This document shows, piece by piece, positions 31,563-40,399 of a DNA stretch of 64,000 nucleotides. Every line of letters starts with the position of its first letter. Within the stretch, counting starts at the first letter, position 1. The notes beneath the pieces were generated by a model, which was not told where the DNA came from, did not search any database, and saw only the letters and a program-made list of their open reading frames with translations. The DNA comes from an uncultured Candidatus Saccharibacteria bacterium (lineage in GTDB: Bacteria > Patescibacteriota > WWE3 > UBA101185 > UBA10185). The stretch lies in assembly GCA_964643995.1 (NCBI GenBank), contig CAZXUJ010000001.1, forward strand, positions 209,492-273,491, read 5' to 3'. The position numbers were made by a program, and so were the translations under genes.

Positions 31563-32342
31563 TCAAAGATATTTGTCATATCTTTCAATTGTATTTTCAG
31601 ATGTATCTATTATTACACTTCTTAAAGCCTTTTTTCCAGTAGTTTCCCATTCAAATCGTTGATTCTGTGCAGTTAGCATCAACTTCTGAATTATTTCGGT
31701 CTTAACTCCAAGCACTGAATCAACGTTTCCGGTCATACCAATATCGGTCACATAGGCCGTACCTTTAGGCAAAATCCTATGGTCACACGTAGGCACATGT
31801 GTATGAGTTCCGACTATTACATCTACACGGCCATCAAAATAAAACGCAAAAGCGTATTTCTCGCTAGTTGCCTCGGCGTGGAAATCAATAATACGTAATA
31901 CTATATTTTCAGATTTTGTATCTTCAAGAATTTTATCAACAGTCCTAAAGGGATCTTCAAGGTAACTGTAAGGACCTCCAAAGGATGTGCGTCCCATAAC
32001 ATTCATTAGTAAAACCTTGCCTAACCTACCAAGGTCTATAAACGTATATCCGGTCCCAGCAGTATCTCCTGGATAATTGGCAGGGCGTAAAACTGGGGCA
32101 TGCTCTAAGAGGTCATCAGTATTTTTTTGCCAAAAAACGTGATCACCACTAGTAAAGTAGTTAATTCCACAGTCTTGCATTTCTTTAAGGGTATCGGCGG
32201 TAATACCACGCCCTTGCGCGAGGTTTTCAGCGTTGGCTAAAACTAAGTCAGGTGACAAATCTTTAATTAGTTGCGGTAAGACTTCTCTTACGGCGTTTCT
32301 ACCAGGTTCAGCTACTATATCTCCGATGTAAATTATTTTCAT
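31563..32342 (-). CDS. ymdB: YmdB-family metallophosphoesterase (TIGR00282)
   Basis: GDIV, NAEN, RPANYP, DFHAEATSEK, GTHTHV; downstream of rny. Confidence 0.93.
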   Translation of the reverse strand: MKIIYIGDIVAEPGRNAVREVLPQLIKDLSPDLVLANAENLAQGRGITADTLKEMQDCGINYFTSGDHVFWQKNTDDLLEHAPVLRPANYPGDTAGTGYTFIDLGRLGKVLLMNVMGRTSFGGPYSYLEDPFRTVDKILEDTKSENIVLRIIDFHAEATSEKYAFAFYFDGRVDVIVGTHTHVPTCDHRILPKGTAYVTDIGMTGNVDSVLGVKTEIIQKLMLTAQNQRFEWETTGKKALRSVIIDTSENTIERYDKYL

Positions 32343-32551
32343 TATGTGATCTTTCTTACTTTAAACTTGTCAATCACAAACAGGCCATATACATTAACCG
32401 ACTCCATTGTTGATTTTATAAGCAAAAAGATCAAAAGTCCAATAATTAGCAATAAAAATAAGCTCAAACAACCCTTCACTACCCCACTAACTATGTGAGT
32501 TATAACATAAACTATTACCAATGAAAGCAATAAAAACAATAAGTAGAACAT
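32342..32551 (-). CDS. Small membrane protein
   Basis: 69-aa, 2-TM ORF tightly packed between rny and ymdB. Confidence 0.6.
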   Translation of the reverse strand: MFYLLFLLLSLVIVYVITHIVSGVVKGCLSLFLLLIIGLLIFLLIKSTMESVNVYGLFVIDKFKVRKIT

Positions 32552-32552
32552 T

Positions 32553-34091
32553 CTATCTTGCTGTCGCCGACACTCTAGTTTCCCTTATGGCAATAACCTT
32601 TACCACACCTGGATAGGTTTGCTCGAGTTCAATTTTCTTTGCAATCTCACGAGCTAATAAAGCTGTAGAGTCATCGTCTACTTTTTCTGGAGATACAAAC
32701 ACTCTAACTTCTCTGCCAGCAGATACTGCAAAAGCTTTTTGAACACCATCAAAGGATAAAGCTGCCTCTTCTAGACTCTGCATACGCTGGACATAAGCTT
32801 CATAGTCTTCGGAACGAGCACCAGGCCTAGCACCACTTATATGATCTGCTAGCGCAACTATTGCCGACTCAATTGAACTAAAAGGTCTATCCTCATGGTG
32901 TTCGGCTACCGCGTTTACGACTGCCTCTGCGACTTTAAACTTCTTTAGCAAGTCTACACCTAAGTCAACATGGGTTCCCTCTTCATCATTTACGATCTTA
33001 CCGATGTCATGAAACAAACATCCCAGTTTTACTACTTCTACATTTGCATTTAGTTCATGGGCAATCGCTACACCAATACGTGTCTCTTCCAAAGTATGCT
33101 CAATCATATTTTGACCATAGGAGAAGCGGTATTTGAACTTACCTAACATTTTCACCAAATCCTTTGGAATATCGTAAACACCTACTCTATGACAAAGGTT
33201 ATCCCCTTCCTTGTGAATAAGATGATCAATCTCCTTTTTTGTGTCTTCAATTATTTCTTCAATACGAGATGGTTGAATTCTTCCGTCTGCAATCAATCTT
33301 TCTAATGCAACTTTTGCAATTTCTCGTCTGATAGGATCAAACGAAGAAACTATGATCTCGCCGGGAGCGGAATCTAAATCTAGTTCAACCCCAGTTAATT
33401 CTTCAAATTTTTGAATGTTGCGACCTTCTTTGCCAATTATTCTTCCCTTAATTTCCTCTTCAGGAAGCTTAACTTTTGAGGTTGTATATTGAACTACATA
33501 GTCGGTAGCACCGTGACGCATAGCATCTACGAGTATCTCTTGAGCTAAAGTATCTTTATTTTTTCTGATTTCTTCTTCAATTTCTCTTATTCTCTTGCTT
33601 TTTTCTTCAGCTAACTCCTTATCATAAACGCGCAACAACTCTGTACGGGCTTCATCACGGGTTAAGTTAGATACCTTTTCTAACTCCTCTTGCTTTTTCT
33701 TAGCTGCAGTTTCAATCACCTCAGCGTTTTTCTTGATCTTTAACTGAAGATTTTTAATCTCTTCCTGTTTTTCTACCTGATCCTTCTCCATTACTTTTAA
33801 TTCTGTTGCTTTTATGTCAAGTTCTTTTTCACGGCGCTCGGTCTTTTTTCTCAGTTCATCAGCACTCTTCTCAGCCTCGGATTTTATTCTCAAAGCCTCA
33901 TCACGAGCTTCGATTATTAGCTCCTTAGCTTTTGCACGCGCCTCCAAGACTAAGGTCTGTTTAGATACAGCCTCAGCATCTGGTTCCTGTGGGATTTGTT
34001 TTTTTTCCAGAGATTTTCTTGTAAGTAAATAATAGGCACCAATACCTAACAAAGGTGATACCAGCACTATAATAAATGTGTATAAATCCAT
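32553..34091 (-). CDS. rny: Ribonuclease Y
   Basis: N-terminal TM helix, coiled coil, KH domain (GRIIGKEGRNI), HD domain (HDIGK); AGGAGG SD at 34095-34100. Confidence 0.97.
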   Translation of the reverse strand: MDLYTFIIVLVSPLLGIGAYYLLTRKSLEKKQIPQEPDAEAVSKQTLVLEARAKAKELIIEARDEALRIKSEAEKSADELRKKTERREKELDIKATELKVMEKDQVEKQEEIKNLQLKIKKNAEVIETAAKKKQEELEKVSNLTRDEARTELLRVYDKELAEEKSKRIREIEEEIRKNKDTLAQEILVDAMRHGATDYVVQYTTSKVKLPEEEIKGRIIGKEGRNIQKFEELTGVELDLDSAPGEIIVSSFDPIRREIAKVALERLIADGRIQPSRIEEIIEDTKKEIDHLIHKEGDNLCHRVGVYDIPKDLVKMLGKFKYRFSYGQNMIEHTLEETRIGVAIAHELNANVEVVKLGCLFHDIGKIVNDEEGTHVDLGVDLLKKFKVAEAVVNAVAEHHEDRPFSSIESAIVALADHISGARPGARSEDYEAYVQRMQSLEEAALSFDGVQKAFAVSAGREVRVFVSPEKVDDDSTALLAREIAKKIELEQTYPGVVKVIAIRETRVSATAR

Positions 34092-34205
34092 AATCCTCCT
34101 AAAAATTTATTTTGTAGATGGAAATTTATGTATATATGTGGAAAGACGTTGTTTTATATGTCTATAATTCCAGTTTATCGCACAAAGAATCATAAAATAA
34201 AACGC

Positions 34206-34386
34206 TATTCTGGCACTCACACTAACCATCAAAGACACAAAATGGTAAAAACTAAGCAACATGACTAGGTTCATAAGCTTTGGGAAGGACATAGTATCAT
34301 TACTACGCTTAATATACCTTACAGAAACTCTATCTGCATAACTTGAAATTCTTTTCATTTTTAGACCATTAAGGTTTGCCAAAATA
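34206..34386 (-). ncRNA. Candidate 6S-like long-hairpin RNA upstream of rny
   Basis: Ends pair (UAUUUUGGCA/UGCCAGAAUA); apical hairpin GCGUAGUA-AUGA-UACUAUGU lies at the midpoint; lies downstream of a strong promoter. Confidence 0.45.
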
Positions 34387-34410
34387 TCCATAAGATCTCC
34401 AACTATGATG

Positions 34411-34439
34411 ATTTTAGGGTAGATCAAAAAGGCTGTCAA
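34411..34439 (-). promoter_or_regulatory. Near-consensus sigma70 promoter upstream of the rny leader
   Basis: TTGACA-17 bp-TAAAAT on the minus strand. Confidence 0.8.
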
Positions 34440-34903
34440 ATAGTCTCTAAAGCCTGCGATACACAATCAAAGGTGAATCCTTTCCGTAACAGATAGTTTT
34501 TCATCTTGTCTTTAGGTAGATTTTTTTTATTTACAAGGCGTTTTACAATTTCAAGTTGTCTAGGTAAATCGTAATTTAACAGCGCAGTAACAGTGTTTTC
34601 TGAGGACACGCCCTTTCGCATAAGGAACGCGCGAACTTCGTTTGGACTTTTTGGTTGATTGGAAGAAAATTGCTCTTCAATATACTTTTTGGCAAAATTA
34701 AGATCCGAAAACAAACCTTGTTCCGAGAGCTCTGCTAGCAGCTGAGACGTTAACTCTTCCCGATTTTCTGGTGAAAGGTCCGGATAATCGTCCAGGTATA
34801 TACCTATTTTCTCTTGTATCTCATATGATGTTCTAAGACGAAAACCCACATATTCTAATAGATGTGAACGACACCTTTGATAAATATCCTCTTTACTAGA
34901 CAT
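34436..34903 (-). CDS. recX: Regulatory protein RecX
   Basis: R.RTSYEI, GLFSDLNFA, LMRKGV, LLRKGF; directly after recA. Confidence 0.85.
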   Translation of the reverse strand: MSSKEDIYQRCRSHLLEYVGFRLRTSYEIQEKIGIYLDDYPDLSPENREELTSQLLAELSEQGLFSDLNFAKKYIEEQFSSNQPKSPNEVRAFLMRKGVSSENTVTALLNYDLPRQLEIVKRLVNKKNLPKDKMKNYLLRKGFTFDCVSQALETI

Positions 34904-36012
34904 TATTCTTCAGTAAAACTGGTTTCCTCTGGGTCAGAACTAGTGTCTGTGGTAATTTTCAGAGGTACTTCTTTACCATCAGCTAGCAATGATCTGACGT
35001 TTTTTTCTATATCTGAATAAAGCTTCGCGTTCTGTCGCAGGGTTTGCTTTGCGGCCTCTTTACCTTGGCCAAGTTTCTCACCTGAGTACTCATACCATGC
35101 GCCACTCTTCTTTACTACGCCTAATTCAACACCAACATCAATGAGATTACCTTCCTTACTAATACCCTCGTTAAACATGATATCGAACTCAGCAACTCTA
35201 AATGGCGGTGCAACCTTATTTTTTACAACCTTTACACGTGCGCGTATTCCTGAAACCTCTACCCCCTCTTTTAAGCTTTGAACGCGCCTAATTTCTAATC
35301 GTACAGATGCATAAAATTTAAGAGCACGACCACCCGGAGTAACTTCTGGATTTCCAAACATGACTCCAACTTTCATTCTCAGCTGATTGGTGAATATAAC
35401 AGTACAATTGGATCTACTTACGGCACCTGTTATCTTACGTAAAGCATGACTCATCAACCGAGCTTGTAAAGCTATATGACTGTCACCAATATCACCCTCT
35501 ATCTCAGCACGTGGCGTTAGGGCTGCAACGGAATCTATGGCAACAACAGAGACTGCATTGGATCTTATTAAAGTTTCGGCTATTTCTAGAGCTTGCTCAC
35601 CGGTATCAGGCTGTGAGATCAAAAGATTTTCAACATCTACACCGGTTTTTTCTGCATATATGGGGTCAAAAGCATGTTCCGCATCAATCAAGGCAGCAAC
35701 ACCACCTTGTTTTTGGGCTTCGGCAATAATATGTTGTACTAATGTGGTTTTACCGGAGGATTCAGGGCCATAAATTTCCACAATTCTTCCTTTAGGAATA
35801 CCACCAATACCCAAAGCGATATCTAACGCAATAGACCCTGTTGGTATGACCTCAATACCTGTACTAGCAGGGCGATCGCCTAGTTTCATAATAGACCCCT
35901 TACCAAAAGACTTCTCAATCTGAGCAAGTGCCGAATCTAGGGCTAGTCTCTTATTTTTATCAGTACTGGAGTCTACTTTATCGAGCTTGGAAGAATTTGT
36001 ATTTTTTGACAT
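34903..36012 (-). CDS. recA: Recombinase RecA
   Basis: [34 protein letters not shown]. Confidence 0.99.
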   Translation of the reverse strand: MSKNTNSSKLDKVDSSTDKNKRLALDSALAQIEKSFGKGSIMKLGDRPASTGIEVIPTGSIALDIALGIGGIPKGRIVEIYGPESSGKTTLVQHIIAEAQKQGGVAALIDAEHAFDPIYAEKTGVDVENLLISQPDTGEQALEIAETLIRSNAVSVVAIDSVAALTPRAEIEGDIGDSHIALQARLMSHALRKITGAVSRSNCTVIFTNQLRMKVGVMFGNPEVTPGGRALKFYASVRLEIRRVQSLKEGVEVSGIRARVKVVKNKVAPPFRVAEFDIMFNEGISKEGNLIDVGVELGVVKKSGAWYEYSGEKLGQGKEAAKQTLRQNAKLYSDIEKNVRSLLADGKEVPLKITTDTSSDPEETSFTEE

Positions 36013-36121
36013 ATATCACTTTCAATTAATTACACCATTTTACGAAACCTATCAGTAACATTGTAGCAAGAAAATATGGAGCATCAATCACAAAACTCTA
36101 TAAATAATAGATATAACGAAC

Positions 36122-36149
36122 TTGCAGAACATAGCTTAAGTGTTATAAT
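36122..36149 (+). promoter_or_regulatory. Sigma70 promoter with extended -10
   Basis: TTGCAG-16 bp-TATAAT, with TG-n immediately before the -10. Confidence 0.65.
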
Positions 36150-36155
36150 TCTGCC

Positions 36156-36272
36156 GTGGCAACAATTATAGAAGCAGTATTTGCACCAATAGTAGCAACA
36201 GTCGAAGCAATGGTAGGTGCGGTAGTTATCTCTATCGTTGAGGCAATGGTCTCAATAATTAAGTTTAAATAG
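36156..36272 (+). CDS. Putative leaderless 38-aa hydrophobic peptide
   Basis: GTG 6 nt after TATAAT; MATIIEAVFAPIVATVEAMVGAVVISIVEAMVSIIKFK*; fills the gap up to the gltX stop. Confidence 0.55.
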   Translation: MATIIEAVFAPIVATVEAMVGAVVISIVEAMVSIIKFK

Positions 36273-36281
36273 TACTAAACA

Positions 36282-37736
36282 TTACAAATTCAGTGCGTAC
36301 TGAAGTCTTTGTATACAAGCCTTTTTCCCTAATACAGCTAATGTATCGAAAAGTGGTGGTGTAGCTTTTTCTCCTGTGACTGCGATTCGAACAGTCATGA
36401 AAGCTTCTTTAGGTGTATATCCGGCGTGCTCGATACACTCATGTGATAGCTTGTCCAGATAGGCAGCTGACCAGTTAGTTTCATCCACACTTTCATATAA
36501 TTCAATAAAACCCTTTAATATAGAATGTGTTTTATCTCCTGCAAAGCTCCGCAATAAGACTGCATCCGGAATAGGAGATTCAAAAAAGTATTGAACTAAT
36601 AAACGAAATTCCTTTAGGAGTTTCATTCTCTCTTTAACCAGAGGTAACACCTGTGACAATTTTGAAGGATCATAGCTCAAAACCGGATCCGCAGGAGAAT
36701 AATTTTTACACCAAGCAAGTATCCTATCTAGTAAAACATCGTCATCTAAACTCCTAATATAAAGACCATTCATCCAAAGAAGTTTTTCTCGATCAAAAGC
36801 TACTAAATCACTTTTATGGATACGATCAATGGAAAAGCTATCTATAAACTCATCTAGCGTATACAGCTCACGATCACCCCCAGGATTCCACCCTAAGAAC
36901 ATCAAAAAATTCAGTAATGCCTCCGGTAAATAACCGTTTGCTAGAAAAGCACTTGCGGAAACATCTCCATATCGTTTGGAGAGTTTCTTATTGGCTCCAA
37001 CTTCTTTGAGGTTAGGCAAATGTCCAAAATATGGGATTTCCCAACCGAAATACTCAAATAGCAATAGCTGCTTTGGTGTAGAAGGCAACCACTCATTTCC
37101 ACGCAAGACGTGGGTAATTTTCATTAAATAATCATCTATTACGACCGCCAGGTGGTATGTAGGGTAACCATCCGATTTCATTAAGACTTGGTCATCGATC
37201 TCATCTGAGTTTATTGCAACATCACCTAAAATTAGGTCCTTCCAACGTATCTCTTTACCCTTTGGAACATTTAGCCTAATAACATAAGGAATATTTTCAT
37301 GTAGATTTTTCTCAACCTCATCTGCAGAGAGGTTCAGGCATTTTTTGTCATACCGCGTAACCTTACTCTGAGCTTCCTGCTGGGATCTCAACTCAGTTAA
37401 GCGCTCTTTACTACAGAAACAGTAGTAGGCATGGCCTGATTTGATAAGCTGTTGCACTTGCTCTCTATAGATTTCGAGACGTTCAGACTGTATATACGGT
37501 TCGTAGGGGCCACCAACATCCGGGCCCTCATCCCAACCTAAGCCGTAGGTGTGTATTACATCAATTAATCTCTCTGCAGCGCCCTCAACTTCTCGTGCAA
37601 CATCCGTGTCCTCGATACGCAGTATCATCTGGCCGTTGTTTTTTTTTGCCAACGCGTAGTTATATAAAAAAGTTCGCATACCACCGATATGGTATTCACC
37701 TGTTGGACTAGGGGCCATTCGAGTTCTAATTGTCAT
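36282..37736 (-). CDS. gltX: Glutamate-tRNA ligase
   Basis: RMAPSPTG, HIGG, KLSKR. Confidence 0.97.
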   Translation of the reverse strand: MTIRTRMAPSPTGEYHIGGMRTFLYNYALAKKNNGQMILRIEDTDVAREVEGAAERLIDVIHTYGLGWDEGPDVGGPYEPYIQSERLEIYREQVQQLIKSGHAYYCFCSKERLTELRSQQEAQSKVTRYDKKCLNLSADEVEKNLHENIPYVIRLNVPKGKEIRWKDLILGDVAINSDEIDDQVLMKSDGYPTYHLAVVIDDYLMKITHVLRGNEWLPSTPKQLLLFEYFGWEIPYFGHLPNLKEVGANKKLSKRYGDVSASAFLANGYLPEALLNFLMFLGWNPGGDRELYTLDEFIDSFSIDRIHKSDLVAFDREKLLWMNGLYIRSLDDDVLLDRILAWCKNYSPADPVLSYDPSKLSQVLPLVKERMKLLKEFRLLVQYFFESPIPDAVLLRSFAGDKTHSILKGFIELYESVDETNWSAAYLDKLSHECIEHAGYTPKEAFMTVRIAVTGEKATPPLFDTLAVLGKKACIQRLQYALNL

Positions 37737-37796
37737 GAATGGATTTTAGCATAAATCTGTTTTTAATTAACTTAGTAATAGAGTAAAATATTGATA

Positions 37797-38933
37797 ATGA
37801 ATCTCACAAGAACATCTGTCGTTTTCAGAAGAGGTGTAAACATAGTTTTAGGTATACTGGTGTTATACATAGGCTTTAAAGCGGCCTCCCCCTTTGTTAA
37901 AGATCTATATTTAAAGATTAATCCTCCAAAAAATCCTCCTACAATCGCCTATGGAATGCTCGATCCTATTGAATTTATAGAAAAGGAAACGACCGGAACT
38001 GTAAGGGAAGTTGTACTTAACACAACAAGCGGAGGGCTTCCAAGTCTACCAACTCAATTGCCGGTTTATAAATACGAAAAGCTTGAATTTTCTTATCAGG
38101 CAGGCAAGGACGCACAAGATCATGCACGAAAGCTTGGTTTCACGGATGACGAACAAGTCACTGACCTAAAAGGTAACCTATTTAGTTGGAAGGATAAGCA
38201 AACTGGGGCAATACTAGAAATTGAAATCCACACTAAAGAGCTTAGAGTACAGACCAACTTAGCAAACTTTCAATCATTGTTTAGTCCTGGAAAAATAACC
38301 ACAGCGAGTGCAGAAGGGCAAGCAAGAAGAGTACTGACCGGCATAGATAGACTTAATAACGAGCAATACTCACGTGAAACAGGAAAAGTAAGCATGGCTA
38401 AGTTCGCAAGTGGAAAGCTTGTTAAAGCAAATTCACCTTTCGAGGCCCAACTTGCAAGAGTAGATTTTTTTAGAAAAGTGCGTGATTTTCCAATACTAGG
38501 CCCAGATCCGAAAAAAGGACTGTTAAGCGTAGTTGTAGGAGTGAGTATAGGAACTGGGGCTCCTGAAGTTTTAAGTAATCCTATAATAGATTTTCATGAT
38601 TGGCCCCTTATTGAGGACGAAAATGGTACATATCCACTTATTACTGTTCAAGAAGCATGGAATGCAGTGGCAAATGAAAAACAGGGAGTCATAGCAAGTG
38701 TAATCCCTACCGATGACAGTGTGTTTGCTGAGAAACCCACACCACCAAGGGTAGATACAGTACTTATAAACAATATATATCTAGCCTATTATGATACCGA
38801 AAAACGTCAAAATTTTATGCAACCGATTTACGTATTCGAAGGGGACTACAATGTAAACGGAAAACCCGGGGGCGAGATAACACTATATTTTCCAGCCGTG
38901 CAGGGACAGTATGTAAAACCAGTAACTCAGTAG
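37797..38933 (+). CDS. Membrane-anchored extracytoplasmic hypothetical protein
   Basis: N-terminal TM helix, long soluble domain; ATG 37797 follows TAAAAT. Confidence 0.7.
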   Translation: MNLTRTSVVFRRGVNIVLGILVLYIGFKAASPFVKDLYLKINPPKNPPTIAYGMLDPIEFIEKETTGTVREVVLNTTSGGLPSLPTQLPVYKYEKLEFSYQAGKDAQDHARKLGFTDDEQVTDLKGNLFSWKDKQTGAILEIEIHTKELRVQTNLANFQSLFSPGKITTASAEGQARRVLTGIDRLNNEQYSRETGKVSMAKFASGKLVKANSPFEAQLARVDFFRKVRDFPILGPDPKKGLLSVVVGVSIGTGAPEVLSNPIIDFHDWPLIEDENGTYPLITVQEAWNAVANEKQGVIASVIPTDDSVFAEKPTPPRVDTVLINNIYLAYYDTEKRQNFMQPIYVFEGDYNVNGKPGGEITLYFPAVQGQYVKPVTQ

Positions 38934-39940
38934 CTAGAAAGTGTCCAGTCAAGAATAGCTTTGGTATCTTTGAATCTATCTAAACTCCCCATAATCACGA
39001 TTAGAAAGTTTTTGTTATCCTTCAAATACTCATATACAAGAACTTCACCAGCCCCAGATGTTTTCCCGGTCTTCACACCAACAGTCCCAGAGACCTCCCA
39101 CAAGAGAATGTTAGTATTAGGCACAATCCTGACCTCTCTCCCTGATTTTATTGTATATTCATGCAAACCAACTAACTCCTTTAGGACAGGGTCACGTCTA
39201 AGCGCTAACGTTAATTTATAGAGATCATGTGCAGAAATTAAATGATTTTCTGAAAAATCGTCCAGGCCAATGGGATTAGAAAAATTCGTACTGGTCAAGC
39301 CAAGACCTATTGCTTTAAGATTCATCAAAGTTATAAACTCGTTATAAGCACCTTTACCATTAGCAAGAGCACAGGCAGAGTCACCTGCTGAGTTTACAAG
39401 TAATGTCCCCAAAAGATCTTCAACAGATAGTTCTTCATCTTTCAGGAAACCTATTCGTTGAGTTTCAATTTTAGTACACTCCTCAGGTATTTTTATTTTG
39501 TCTGAAAGGTTGTAAATATCCCTAGTTACTAAGGCAGTCATTATCTTAGTAGTTGACGCCGGAGGTAACGGGGTTTTTGAATTGTATTCCTTTAGCACTA
39601 CCTGCTTTTTTAGGTCAACAATAATGTAAGATCTAGCAGATATGGATGGGAATTCAGGGCTTGTTTCAGAAGATCTTTCAGAGACATAAGTATTGAGGGG
39701 CACCGTGGAAAGAGGTCTAGGGTACAAAACGTGGGTTAGGAGGTTATGAACTGTTTTATTTCTATTTTCCAATACAATGAAACCTGATGCAAAAGATATC
39801 ACAAAAATTACTAGGGTGCCCTTGATTAGTAGCTTCGTGGCCTTTAGTGGAAAAGCATCTAAAAAGTCTATAAATAATAGAATTTCAAGAAAAATTCTGA
39901 TCACAAAAAGCTTGAATTTCTTAAGTAAAACAGCTCTCAT
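38927..39940 (-). CDS. D-alanyl-D-alanine carboxypeptidase (peptidase S11)
   Basis: PASTTK (SxxK), FSNPIGL, GVKTG. Confidence 0.85.
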   Translation of the reverse strand: MRAVLLKKFKLFVIRIFLEILLFIDFLDAFPLKATKLLIKGTLVIFVISFASGFIVLENRNKTVHNLLTHVLYPRPLSTVPLNTYVSERSSETSPEFPSISARSYIIVDLKKQVVLKEYNSKTPLPPASTTKIMTALVTRDIYNLSDKIKIPEECTKIETQRIGFLKDEELSVEDLLGTLLVNSAGDSACALANGKGAYNEFITLMNLKAIGLGLTSTNFSNPIGLDDFSENHLISAHDLYKLTLALRRDPVLKELVGLHEYTIKSGREVRIVPNTNILLWEVSGTVGVKTGKTSGAGEVLVYEYLKDNKNFLIVIMGSLDRFKDTKAILDWTLSSY

Positions 39941-40395
39941 GTGATATCTGCAAGTTGGGGACCTTCCACCTTAAGTAAGTCTTGCGCCCTCATAAGTATA
40001 GAAACTGTGTGTAAACCTGCATTAAAAGCTACATGAGTACCTTTAAGAAAACTCTCATCAAAGTAAGACGTTAGTCCCAAGACCTTACCTATGGGTGGAA
40101 TAGAACCAGTCTTTAGACCAGTTAAAACTTCTACTTCATTAGGCGTAGCAAATCGCACATCTTTGAAACCAAAAGCTTGTTTGAATTTTTTTAGATCAAG
40201 TTTTTTATCGCCAGGTACCACAGCCAGTATTGGTGATTTATCAGCATACCAAATCAACGCCTTAGCCCCAATAGCAAGTGAAGTGTCTCTTATTTTAGAA
40301 GCATCTTCACTAGTATATACAGGAGCATGTTCCACAACCTTAAACTCTACGGATGCTTGATCAAGCAATTTCTTAATCTCATCAAAAACAGACAT
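39937..40395 (-). CDS. YbaK/ProXp-family aminoacyl-tRNA deacylase
   Basis: H.PVYTS, GAKAL, GSIPPIG, FNAG; start at ATG 40395. Confidence 0.85.
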   Translation of the reverse strand: MSVFDEIKKLLDQASVEFKVVEHAPVYTSEDASKIRDTSLAIGAKALIWYADKSPILAVVPGDKKLDLKKFKQAFGFKDVRFATPNEVEVLTGLKTGSIPPIGKVLGLTSYFDESFLKGTHVAFNAGLHTVSILMRAQDLLKVEGPQLADIT

Positions 40396-40399
40396 GTTA

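Noticed and set aside
36013-36135. LexA/SOS box upstream of recA (CGAAC-TTGCA-GAAC)
   Set aside because: It matches neither GAAC-N4-GTTC nor GAAC-N7-GAAC, and it overlaps the -35 of the divergent promoter.
37737-37796. Second T-box upstream of gltX
   Set aside because: Only 60 bp of divergent spacer, no UGGNACC, and gltX looks leaderless.
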